From Phoronis australis (taxonomy: Eukaryota; Animalia; Phoronida): a stretch of DNA of 64,000 bases. The position numbers were made by a program, and so were the translations under genes. The DNA lies in assembly GCA_002633005.1 (NCBI GenBank), contig NMRA01000259.1, positions 151,723 through 215,722 on the forward strand. The letters are read 5' to 3'. Shown piece after piece: positions 14,701 through 25,202 of this stretch (positions are counted from its first letter, which is position 1; each line of letters opens with the position of its first letter). The notes under the pieces are model-generated. The model was not told the DNA's origin and did not search any database. It saw only the letters and a list, made by a program, of their open reading frames with translations.

Positions 14701-17700
14701 TGGTTGAATAGAATATGTGAAGACACAGGTGGACTGAATGAAATGAATCCTGATGTTGATCACATAAAATGCCAAGATTGTGGATGAAATCATTATCTTT
14801 TCTCGTACTCTCGTCAAACAATTACATTATTTACGTCATTCATTGTTCTTTGTCCGTCTCGCTAAGTTGTACTTTTAAGTACAAACGTAAGATAAAGTGC
14901 ACAAACGGCGCACACACACTGTTTATAGGTGTGCCGCAATCATTTGCCCTCTATTGCCAAATCTTGTATCCGCCAGCATGTTACGTTTTCAGCCCTTGTA
15001 ACTATGACAATGTAAAATTTAATGAAAACAACAACGGAACTTCATCCCAAGTGACAATTGATGACCACAAACACGTGGACATAAATTACCGATAAGCAGT
15101 TTTGTGGTCCAGATTACGAAAGACTCTCGCACAGCTCCTAAAAAACTTGGTTCTAAGAAAACTTTCATGAGTGGAATACAACTGGTTTCCACTTAATGCA
15201 GAATTCTAATTGAAAAATATCAAACAGAAGTGACCATGATATAAGATTAAATCACAAAAAGGGCACAAAGGTGATTTTTAGGGCATGTTTTTTTCGGGTC
15301 TGAAAACCGAATTTAAGCAATAACACTTAGTGCTCGTGTTGTTACAAAGCGAGTCGGTGGTTCGACGTGTGTAATCTTGATTTGGGTGCTCTGATATTCC
15401 ATCGCGCGTTAACAGCTCCTACCGATTACGCAACAAGCAAATGTTAGGAGTTTTCAAGCTGCAACCCTTTAGTAGTGAGAACTTTACACAGACGTCATTG
15501 TTGTCCCATTGATTGCAAAGTTTTATTTTCTCTAAAAACACTATTAAAATGTTTCAGAAACGCGTGTGAAGCTGTCTTTGACCGAAAGTAAAAGGAAGCA
15601 CACAAAAAAAAACAACTCAAGACGGTTGACAATTTCTTTACAGTGTAATTCAAAGATTTGAGTGATCCAGTGATCTGTTAATAGGCCAAATAGAGTATAT
15701 TTGATTATCGTTTACAGGCATTTGCGGAAAATGGACTAAATGGTCCGACTGCAGCACCACCTGTGGCTTAGGAATGCAAACCAGAAGCCGCAAATGTCAA
15801 GTTAAGACGACTACGAAAACTACAGCTGGAAAAGGAAGTAAGTAAAGAAACCTGCGTCAAACTTTATGAAAATATACAGAAGCATGAAAAATATGAAGAG
15901 GCCGTATACAAACTGCATGAACGCACCGATTTTGCTGCCATTGGTATATGTATTCCTTAAAGCGGCTAAAAACCCGCCTTCCGACATAAAACTCAACTTT
16001 TGATCTAGACCAACCACTAGGAAACTGGTCTCAAATTGTCAGTTGGCCAACATAGGTGCGATCTCAGGGCGTGAAAAGACCAGACGATCTGTTATTGCTT
16101 GAGACGAGTTAATAACGATCTTTGAATTTTTTCCGTTACCATAATCATTGATTTCAGGAGGTCATTTGCAACGTTAGTTGCATGACTTTTCTTTGTCTTG
16201 AAAGCGATTACCAAGAATGAAGATTTAACCCACGCGTTACCTTATCATACTTAACATCGTTGACCTGTTTACGGATAGCGAGAATCAACGCGTGCGCATC
16301 ACCGCCACTGCAAAGATTTGTGTGAAATTAGGTCGTCCAAGCCTGAATCAAAGATGTGTCATGTTAGTGATCTTCAGTTCCGTAAGCAGGAAGTCGATAT
16401 TGGTTAGGAGCTACCAGTTTCTGGCTTCTTGAAATGCTACTGTATGATGAAGTGATCTGTACACATTTTATATCTATGTCTGCTGGTGATGTAGTCGGTG
16501 AACCAACCTTTAAATCGCTGAGTATTGGCTACTGGCAGCGTTGCTTTAAATGACATATTCCAGAAATTTTCTGTATATATGACTCCTCAGGCTAATCGTA
16601 AAACTATCAATATTTTCTGTGCGCTCACCGCTGTGATTTCAACATTTAGGTAAAAAATCAAAAGGGAAATCTGGAGGGAAGTCCAAGTTTAGTTCTAAAG
16701 CATACCCAGGCCTTACGAAGGAGGAGAGAGAGATTATCAAGCTCCTTAGTGGACGCAAGAAAGCAAGCACGGAAAGAAAGATCTTGTCACTGACATACAG
16801 GATTCTGGGAAAGCGTGGTAAAATATAGCTTCAACCGTTTCTATATACCTACAACCAGAAATGTCGAAAAATGACCTTTCGAAAACGTGAAATGAAACCA
16901 AATATGCTCCCCGGCGTATTTTGGAAACTCTGTCATTACAACTCTCCTCCATACTATGCCAGTGTGGATAGTAATAAAAATCCACCCAATATCTTGTTAA
17001 ATGATAGTCATTTGAGTAAAACGGAGATCCCAATATATGTTGTTAAAATAAACAAAATTTTCATAAGATGCAAACAGTTACAGAAATTATTCACATGGTC
17101 GTACTTTTGGATTTTTCCCGCAAATACGCCATAGGCGTATTTTCGGAAATTGTTAATACTCCAAGTTCATAAATACATTGTCGTGGTTGCCGTCATGGAG
17201 TGGCCATTCTTTTGAAAACGTCCGTTCTTATTACTGTCTCGCCAGTGTTCCCGCTACCGCCGAAGCTGATACATCGTCTGTGAAAAATAAGTTTCTAGCC
17301 CGTGTGACCACTCCGGCAACACGTCCAGATAAAACTCGTTCTGCGAAGCAATTCATCAAGACGACCCTTACGAAAGCATATAATTTATAATTCCTTAAAG
17401 ACGATTTCATTGCAGGACGAACACGGACTGCAAGGTCACACAAGCACCACAGTCACGGCAGTAAGAAGAGCAAAGGAAAAAGTAAAGGGAAAAGCAAAGG
17501 AAGGTCCAAGTACGCTACACGAGCTCCAATAAAAACTATTCCTCTGATTGACATCGTAGAAACTGATACGAGAAGCTGTCTCAATCTAACACCGTGTCCA
17601 ACACGAGACCCGACAACATCGTCGAAATCAACGACAATCGAGCAAACTACAATGAAGATTTCAACACTAGAGCCAACGACACCCGAGCCAACTACGAAGG

Positions 17701-20700
17701 AACCGACAACATCAAAGCCCACAACGGTAGAACTAACAACATTGAAACCTACCACTTTGGAACCAACGACACTAAAACCTATTACTTTTAAACCCACAAC
17801 ACCAGTGCCGATATCTGTGAAACCAACAACATTAAAACCAACTACTCCAGAATCAACCACTTTACAACCAACCACTACCGATCCAACGACATTGAAGCCA
17901 ACACCATCAGATCCTACAACTTTGAAAACACCAACGCCACAACCAACGACACTGGAATCAACAACTCCAAAACCAACAACTCCCGAACCAACGACACTCG
18001 AGCCAACAACATTGGAGCCAACAACGCCGGTACCAACGACAGTGAAACCAACTTCAAAACCAACTACATTGAAAACAACAACATGGGACTCAACCACATT
18101 AGAACCAACAACACTCAAGCCTACCACATTGGATCCAACAACACCATCCCCAACGACAGTGAAACCAACACCAGAACCAACCACATTGGAACCAACAACT
18201 CGGGAGCCAACCACATCAGAACCGACTACGCCCCAAATAATTGGTAATAATCTTTGTTGTCGTGGTGGGTGTTTTAAAGTTCTGAATGTGTTTGTTAGCT
18301 TATTTATTGCGGTGATATTCATCTCAGTGAGTGTTTCTATTCAAACCAGAAATTTCACGAGTTAGGTGGCTTAAAAGAATTCTAAGCGCTGGTTTAGTTT
18401 CAGACATTAATCACATGGTGCGCCAAAATAATTTCCAATTTGATTGTGAACAAATTTTCATGTTTTTCATATTTTTTCATCTCTTCAGGAATATGTCACA
18501 TTATCGTTTGATCGACATTAATGGTCTCCAATTGTACTGTTATTTCTGAACAAAGCTCTATAATTAATGATCGCAACTCTACCCTCATGTATAGCAGACT
18601 GACTATTTATTTTGGAGCATGATAATGCATGAGTATGTGAGCCCGATGCAAGTGGAAGCGCAAATTTATACAGACTGGCATAAGGGTTCGTGCGCTCAGA
18701 ACTGCTAATCATTCTAGCGACCTCTTGTAACGAGAAAACACTGAGCATTGCAGGTGTTTACATTACCGTTTACACCCATTTTGGCATATAACCATCCAAT
18801 CACATGGCTGTCATTTTGTTAGTGTACATACACTGTATGTAAGGCATCGAGCTTTCTCGCGACAACATGGCGAGATCTTGTCGTACACGAGCAGCTTGAG
18901 TGATCTAAGCAATCCCGCAAGATGCAATTAGTCTTAGTGAAAGCATCCCAGATCTAGGGGTGAGCATGTGTGTAATGATAAGTTGTCTGGTTTCACCCGG
19001 CCCTGTTTGTCATGCAGTAACGCGTCCTTAGGACTAATTCTCACAATCATTACGTTGCAGATGAATGCTACAGCACAAAGACGCACTGCACTGTAACTGA
19101 CGACGAGTCGTGCGAAGGTACCCTGGTTCCTTGCAGCTTTGGCCAGTATTGTATGTCCGAGATAATTCTAGAGAAAAGTACAAACACAAGACGTATTCAC
19201 AAATAGTAAGTACTGTTAAGAGGCGTTGTTAACGAGAGTATTGCGTTTTCGAAACATAACTTGAAGACCATGTGTCAGTCGCCAGGTGGTAGTCAATGTC
19301 ATGAGAAAATTTAGACTCTCTCGGATACTAGTTTATTGAAAGGTTGAAGAATTGATTACTTTGGGCCTAAAAAATGTGATCGTCGTTACTGAGGTGAGCA
19401 TTGTTATGTTCTACACTCTCTTTAGCTGGTGTTGATCTCCACCGCTAGGGTCCTCTTCGGCATGGACAGTTTAGTACATTTCTTGTTTATTTACTGTTAC
19501 CTGCGGATTGATCCCAGGAGAGCTGCAGCGGTAGCTTGAAAATACGTCCCGCGGATTAATTCTGTCGGGTATTAACTGTGTAATACGAACACATCTTGGG
19601 TAAAGACAATAGTAAGTTAAGTTCCCAAATCCAAAAGTTTTTAGATGATCTTATGAGCTGAAACTGAATTACCAAAGCGATGGAAGAAGCAGATAAGGAA
19701 GCTACGAAAAGTTGTGTACGAATTCACCACAAATCAACCATTTGTCTTTGAAAGTTGAGAGTGGGTGCCGTAAGAGACGTCATAGAATGTACCGTGTGCG
19801 TGGTCTATAGTTGAAAAAACAGCCACAGACAAAATGTACTAGAAATTAACGCAACGTTTTTATAATGGAACTTCAAACTACAACTGACTGACTCCACAAT
19901 CAACCAGGCAAGATCACATCTCGTCACTTCAGTCGTCGCACGTGTCTCATTCCCATCTTGAACCCTACCAACTTTTGTGAAAATGTCCGAGTTTTGTCAG
20001 GCATGATGGTTTTTTCAGTATCCACATTTTGCCAAAAGGCTTGAGTGGCAACATCGTGAGGAACCATAGTGGAAAGTTGCAGTTGTTAATATCATGGTCA
20101 ACGCCAGTCGTGTAAATTTCGCATGACCGTCAAACGATATTTGTGGACAATTTTGTGCAACAAAATTGCAAAGCGAACTTTTATCTCCAATTAAGTCGGG
20201 GTCCGCTTACACTAAAAAAGTTGACTCGGATCAGCGAAAAAAATGAGTAAAAACAGAACTGACAAAGAGCAAATTGTCCCTGCGGTGACAACTTTTGTTT
20301 CACGTGAGTGAGGTAGAGCAAGTTGCGCCCGATCAACTTGCTCCGTGTCAACTTCATGACTAAACGCGAAACTGGGTCCAGGCGCATGGGATCATCTCCG
20401 TTACGCTCGCGCAATTTCTACGATTTGCCAGTCAACTGTTTAGTGCTTTGTCTTTAACTTGAACCCTGATAGCCATTTATTATGTCTTCACCAGTTTGTT
20501 CAAATGCCGTACAAACAATTATTGCAATTCGGCAGAAATGAGGAGTCTTTTTCCAATAAACAATTACCAAGTTCTATCGATTTTCAGTTGACATATCAAA
20601 TTACAAAGAGAAGCGCGATGTTGTTACTGGAATTGCTGACTAATACATGTAATAGTAACCCGCAATTTGCTACCTTGCTCATGGGCACTCGACCCCGTCA

Positions 20701-22985
20701 TGACTGCAAATTCCGACTTGCTAGTGTTTCTGAGCTGTGTGCTTAAGCGGCCGCTTGACACCGACCATTTTATGCCGTGTCAGTTGCGCCGAGGGGTAAA
20801 GTGGAACTTTCCACGACCAGTGCCTGAATCCTCTCTTCAAAAAGGTCCCCCTTCCGAAAGAGAGAATGAATGTTTAATTTTATAAAACCGTAAAAGAGTG
20901 AGAATCGATTCCAACAACGAGACCAATTTTGTGTTCCTGGTACTTCTTCAAAAATGTCTCCGGTGGTGTGAGTATTGTTAAAGTCAATAATTTTGTTATT
21001 ATAAAGCTCTAGGTGAAAAGGGAATTTTGCGATGAACAACAGTTTTCCATCCCTCAGTTCTGGTTGGCATACGTAAACAGATCTACCTGGTGTAGCTGTA
21101 CAGGACTTAGTCCAACTCGGTGGGAGCACAAAGACCGAAAAATATTTTAAAATTTCTGCCATTCAAAGGACAGTATACAACGTTGCTGCACTTTGAATAT
21201 GATAATATGCTATTTGACACCTTTCATGAACTTTGTGCTGGGCGAATCGTAAACCAATTAAGTTTCTTGCGATAAAAGTGAGATCATGAAAGAACACGAA
21301 AATCGTGTTTCTACAACAAAATGGAGGCCGCTGAAGTGATTGGTTTGTGAGGTTAATATAATTTGCGAAGTTTGGGATATAATTCACTCTGTGAAATCTA
21401 TAACGAAGGTTATTGGCCGTAGTTGCAAGAACATGCCCTGTGTCTACGAATTACGGCAGTTACGGCTACGGTATGACCATACCCGTTCCCAGTCTGAGAA
21501 CGCACAATTTGTTGAGTTGTGCTGAGACTCAAAGCCGTTCCGGCACTGACTTCGATCGGGAGGGAAATGCTGTCCTCTGCCTCGGTCCATATATCCTAAC
21601 ATTGCACTAGGAATTGGTCAATATTGATTTCGTCATTCGCTACAGTCTATGTGATTGTTGTCAATGCTGTTGGTATTGGCAACAGTGTCACCTTTAGTAG
21701 AGGTGTTGTCAACGTCATTGTCTTCGGCGTTATCATTCTCTGAAAATGATTCGGTCGCAGTGTATTGGCGGTGTGTCAGAGCCCTCTATATGAAGATCGT
21801 GCTCGCTATTGGCGTCTGTGCCTAATCGTAATCAATTTTAACTCCGTCGATTTCGTCAATTAAGTGTCGCTCTTCAGAGCGCTTTCATGTTTAATTCGGT
21901 GACATAATTAGGCCAATACTTTTGTGACAAATGATTATATTTTGTGAAATCAATCACGCTTTACTGTGCCCTTGTTTAGGATTTTACTCATGGCGAGTTC
22001 ATTGTATTGCTCACGATGAATTCAAACGCGAAGTACACTGTACATGATCCCCTGCCCTAGTGTTTTAAGCCATTCGTCGGCTGAAATCACAAAACACAAT
22101 CAATGAGTTGCGTACCACTTAAATAACGTTTTCGGCCACTGGTTCCACAGCCTTTATCAAACTAATGACGTTTGAGTTTGACTTCACACGTCCAACGCAC
22201 AGGCACAACATCATTAGTTTGACAAAGAACCGTTTTCCGAAAACGTTAACTGGTGCTTAACTCCTTGCCTGAATATGAAGCAATTTTCAATGTCATCCGT
22301 AGGCTGATTTTAGTCGATGTCAAAAGACTCTCCGAGAAACAGGCCCCAATTAGGTTTTGTTCTGCAATCGGATTTTTACGTGGGAGAGAGCTCCCCGGTA
22401 ATCGAGGAAGAAGAATTGGATCAGTGTGGAAATGCAATGACAGGAAGTGAAACTGCAATCCAAAGTGGGACTGCATATAGCGTTCGAGCGGCAAGCAAAC
22501 GCTTCAATATTCATGCGCGCATCCTGGGGGGAGCAGTGGGCAAAATGGTCCGCCTCAGAGAAACATCAACTCCGGAAAAGTAGAAACCGGGACAAAAGTC
22601 CACTAAAAGGCAGGAACTACCTAAATCCGGTGAATACAAAATTCACCGCTGTGAACGTACGCCGTTTTTTTAGTAAAAGGTACGCATTCTCAAAAGTTTG
22701 AGCCCCCATGTTTTAGGCTGGGTGCGATCTTGATATCATTGAGTAAAAATGCCAGGATTTACTATAAGTACCTGCAAACTATTCTATTTCAGCTGCGTTC
22801 CCAAACAGGAATGCCGAATTCGCTGGCTGATTACGGACGACGATGAAGATTGCAGAAACTTCCTGAAGACGAACAGTACAGCAGCGCTCAAGGGAGAGCG
22901 TGCCCAATGCGATTATTGTTGCGTTGAGCACGGTTGCAACAGGCTATTTCTACCCAAAGAATCCACGCTATATCCCATCCCTTAG
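8738..22985 (+). CDS. Secreted multidomain protein: signal peptide, Ly6/uPAR (three-finger) domain, split TSP1 repeat, PTT mucin tract, second Ly6/uPAR domain (638 aa, 8 coding exons)
   Basis: Hand-spliced exons with GT-AG boundaries and consistent phases: 8738-9001, 9877-9945, 11373-11502, 15718-15837, 16650-16817, 17416-18243, 19061-19205, 22793-22985 (1917 nt, open to TAG). Hydrophobic N-terminus (IVVFLFAVGALVAG); LU1 CYEC...CNFCCDGSLCN; TSR WTKWSDCSTTCGLGMQTRSRKC...ETDTRSCLNLTPCP; LU2 CYSTKTHC...CDYCCVEHGCN; no C-terminal hydrophobic tail. An extra exon hidden in gap 9383-9680 cannot be excluded. Confidence 0.85.
9383..9680. other. Assembly gap
   Basis: Run of N. Confidence 1.
9989..10260. 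mobile_element. PIF/Harbinger-like MITE
   Basis: TIR gggcttgtttcatgaaa / tttcatgaaacacgccc with 3-bp flanks cag/tag. Confidence 0.65.
10932..11005. mobile_element. 74-bp mini-MITE
   Basis: Perfect 13-bp TIR catgggcggcgca / tgcgccgcccatg; flanks tcttt/tctta. Confidence 0.7.
11770..12110 (+). mobile_element. CR1/L2-type LINE reverse transcriptase remnant
   Basis: Translates to QCGFRSNHSTELAVIEVTDFL, DF..AFDHIDHSVLLDKL and LCANKLSLNASK, with frameshifts and deletions. Confidence 0.75.
12838..14793 (-). CDS. Intronless multi-Sushi/CCP-like cell-surface protein, probable GPI anchor (651 aa), nested antisense in an intron of the Ly6/TSR/mucin gene
   Basis: 1956-nt ORF. First ATG is at 14793 (the track start at 14817 is TTG and there is an in-frame TAA at 14827-14829). 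Hydrophobic N-terminus; about five divergent CCP-like units (VRYTCNEG, GETVTYLCEHGF, GTIVIYMCSKGF, GQGVTFICTD, GHVIKWMCTVGY); S/T/P-rich stalk; ends in the hydrophobic tail YTYLKLLSMLILIII with no cytoplasmic residues. Confidence 0.8.
   Translation of the reverse strand: MISSTILAFYVINIRIHFIQSTCVFTYSIQPDRQVQRYANGSWIDMTPELGKPASVLQLRKNESVRYTCNEGLYATACSSGLKIKRKCNNVCHKDGLVIFYGINACHPITCPVVGRRHARSLYRKSVVHWGETVTYLCEHGFRTVQGDTSFHLVCGMVNSDESYLAKLHGPVNGCMEEKFCVATNGTNAFTIEHRQGELLRIGTIVIYMCSKGFARDNKISKNFTVICKDTGHQMTLGIVSCLIPICHVSFPSLKNYMASFVSHTGQRNTILPDTVAEVLSGQGVTFICTDKRFTFDGIHRAYTTLCSRDFVSLPGDCILSLCHVSLPVNARYFGLYNGRFLISRGVNQQDKANVGQFSQNRNNSRNISGTPADERRVKKLKLYNRASRLPDTITESYENLVGPYANNASVTTWPLSSKIFTNYSFSTKTSWQRRRRRVPSLLEANKTGSEMKDSSNMGIKVAYGTTETNLFNDFDRTLSKSERFRQHLRNPSGHTARKPIIENESGIYFWPVETFLGNSSEVLVRIGHVIKWMCTVGYAWPDGRTVMVTECGPSGILPFPISCTSLSEYSSIEDNNEPQRSPLLNTKSVDPGDDSTESFPTPHVSNERNESSPRHNATVEALRSAKSKSSMATSSYTYLKLLSMLILIII
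17670..18230 (+). repeat. Coding 15-nt tandem repeat encoding an (E/K/D)PTT(L/P) mucin-like tract
   Basis: Degenerate pentapeptide repeats (EPTTL, KPTTL, EPTTP) throughout exon 6 of the + strand gene. Confidence 0.9.
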
Positions 22986-25072
22986 GTCTACTTGCTGAAC
23001 AGACACTAGTATAGCTCTATGTACCCTTAGTTGATTTTAGCTTCGCTTTTATTGCTGTAGCGCTTTGACACATTTGCGTCCGGTTTTCGCAACGGCAAAC
23101 TTAGAGTTCGGAACGTTATTTCGTAAAACGTAGACTCTGCATTACTGTATTCCAACTATTCGATATGTTAAGCATGAAAACATTTCTTTAGATTTTTTTG
23201 CTATTTGTCATTTGCTTGGGGATCGGATAGTTTGTAGAGTTATATTGTAGAAAAAAACTATGGCAGATTTCAGTCGACTTGTGGGTGATGAATCGGTGCT
23301 TTCATTTTTCTTTGATTTTTTGTATTTTTGTAATCGGATATATTTCTTTAAAAAGGACGAGGAGCAGAATTCGTGCATTGGACTCAAGTGAACTCATGAA
23401 AACAACGGGTCAAACAGTTAGTCATCTTTAGTATTCCTGCCCACTTGCGATCCCATGTGGTTACAGTTTTTTCCAGGTTTCTGACAAACGCAGACGGGCG
23501 CTCAGACGGAACAGTTTCTACTTGAAACAATTTCCAAGTAATTCACCTATTGCGTGTTCGTCGTCTTGTATACATGATTCTTGATGATATGTGATTATCT
23601 TTACATAGTCGCACAGATCATCTGGATACTGAATTAGGTTGTTTGCGTACTTCGCGTCTTTGGGTCATTCGAATATGTTTCTAAAATCAAACTGTAAGTT
23701 GAACAGTAAAACGTGTTGCTCACACTATACACATTTAATTATTCGCGCAAGACATATAAAATAAGGTTGCGGTACACAGTCAGGACCAAGATATAAACTT
23801 TTCAAAAATTAGTAAGTGAGCCTTGTGTTTTATCCCCTTATTTCCAAAAAATTTAGTAAATAAACATATTCCTTACAAGTGAGTGTTCAGTAGAACGTTT
23901 TCGACAATTAAGAGTCAATCGTATTAGTTGCTATCCCACCATAAAATAACTCGATTTTACGAAATAATGAGTTAAAAAACGAGATCGTTTAAGCAGTGGT
24001 TCACCGTTTCACTGGAACTCTGGCGTCTGTTTTGTGAAAAGAGACTGAAAACTTAAGTCAGAAATTTGATCTCCCCACAAGTATTTCTGAAAAATGTTTA
24101 AGTCACTTGTGCAAACTCCAGTCTCTTAAGAATGTATACTTAAGTGATAGTTATCGAGACAACTTCTATCAATTATTTCTTGACTGTGATGCACTAACAA
24201 TTACTTGGCTAAACCTTTTTTCAGCAATTGTGAATCGGTAGCGTAAGGCCAATTTTCTGTCTTAAGTCTCGAGTCAGTTTCATGACACACCTCAGGAATG
24301 GGGACGCTATCCACAAAAAAGTATTTGAGTAATCTGTTGCAATGTTTGCATTTTAGAAGAAACCTTTTTCACTGGACTGCACTCCTACAGAGAAATCCTG
24401 CCCATGTTCAGTTAACCTATCAATGTGATCCAGTGAGAAGGCTCCTAAATAGTTCTCTCAACGTTTCAAACCAAGCATTGGGTTGTGAACACGCCATTTT
24501 TAAAAGGCTCTCGTAGTTTTCTTTTACCTTTGTTCTTTCAGCGTTGAACAAGTGTACAAAAGATATACTTATGCGTGTATCAGACGGAAATTTACTGCAG
24601 ACAACACGCACTTCCTAATTTTGAAAAAGTAAACTTACTTTTTGGATAGTTTACCAGAATATTCGATGCTAGATGGTCATAATTTCACAACAATCCAACA
24701 AAAATGTCCCTCAGATCGTTACAGTGCTTTTGGGAACACTGCGTCTTGTTGTCCATAATCGTTTTTGAGGCTCTGACGCAATTTGTTTGATCAAATTTGA
24801 ACTCTGGGTTTGTCAATATCAGACTGCTCATCCAGACGGCTTAACTGCTCCTTTGAAGTTTTCCCGAAATTCATCAATATTGGATAGCCATTTGTTGTTT
24901 TAGACAATTCACCGTGACACACAAAGACGATAGTTAATGAAAACAGGCGTAATCGCCATGCAAGACCATTCCCATACGTTTATCATGAGAAAGAGGAAAC
25001 CATATTTTTCATCTCCAAGCCCAATTCCGTTGAAATTGACCATTCGGATTTAGAACAGCGACACCTGTAAAT

Positions 25073-25202
25073 CAGTGACGGATTTAATTAAGAGGCCCCC
25101 GCTAAAATTCTCCCAGATTCCATTTGGCGAATGTCTGAGGGTCAAAATCTGGCTAATGCTCTGCCCTGACCTCCCTCACTCAAAATCCTGGATCCGCCCC
25201 TG
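25073..25202 (+). mobile_element. CAGTGGCGGA-type MITE with 5-bp TSD
   Basis: cagtgacggatt...ggatccgcccctg flanked by taaat on both sides; internal sequence is the reverse-complement homologue of 38391-38547. Confidence 0.8.

Noticed and set aside
14794-14817. Track start for the 659-aa ORF
   Set aside because: It is a TTG; in this eukaryotic context the ATG at 14793 is preferred.
17453-18322. 289-aa Val/Gly-rich minus-strand ORF
   Set aside because: Antisense mirror of the PTT mucin repeat, which lacks stops in that frame; the + strand frame splices into a coherent gene.
24270-25030. Possible minus-strand LINE remnant
   Set aside because: No diagnostic RT or endonuclease motif could be read with confidence.
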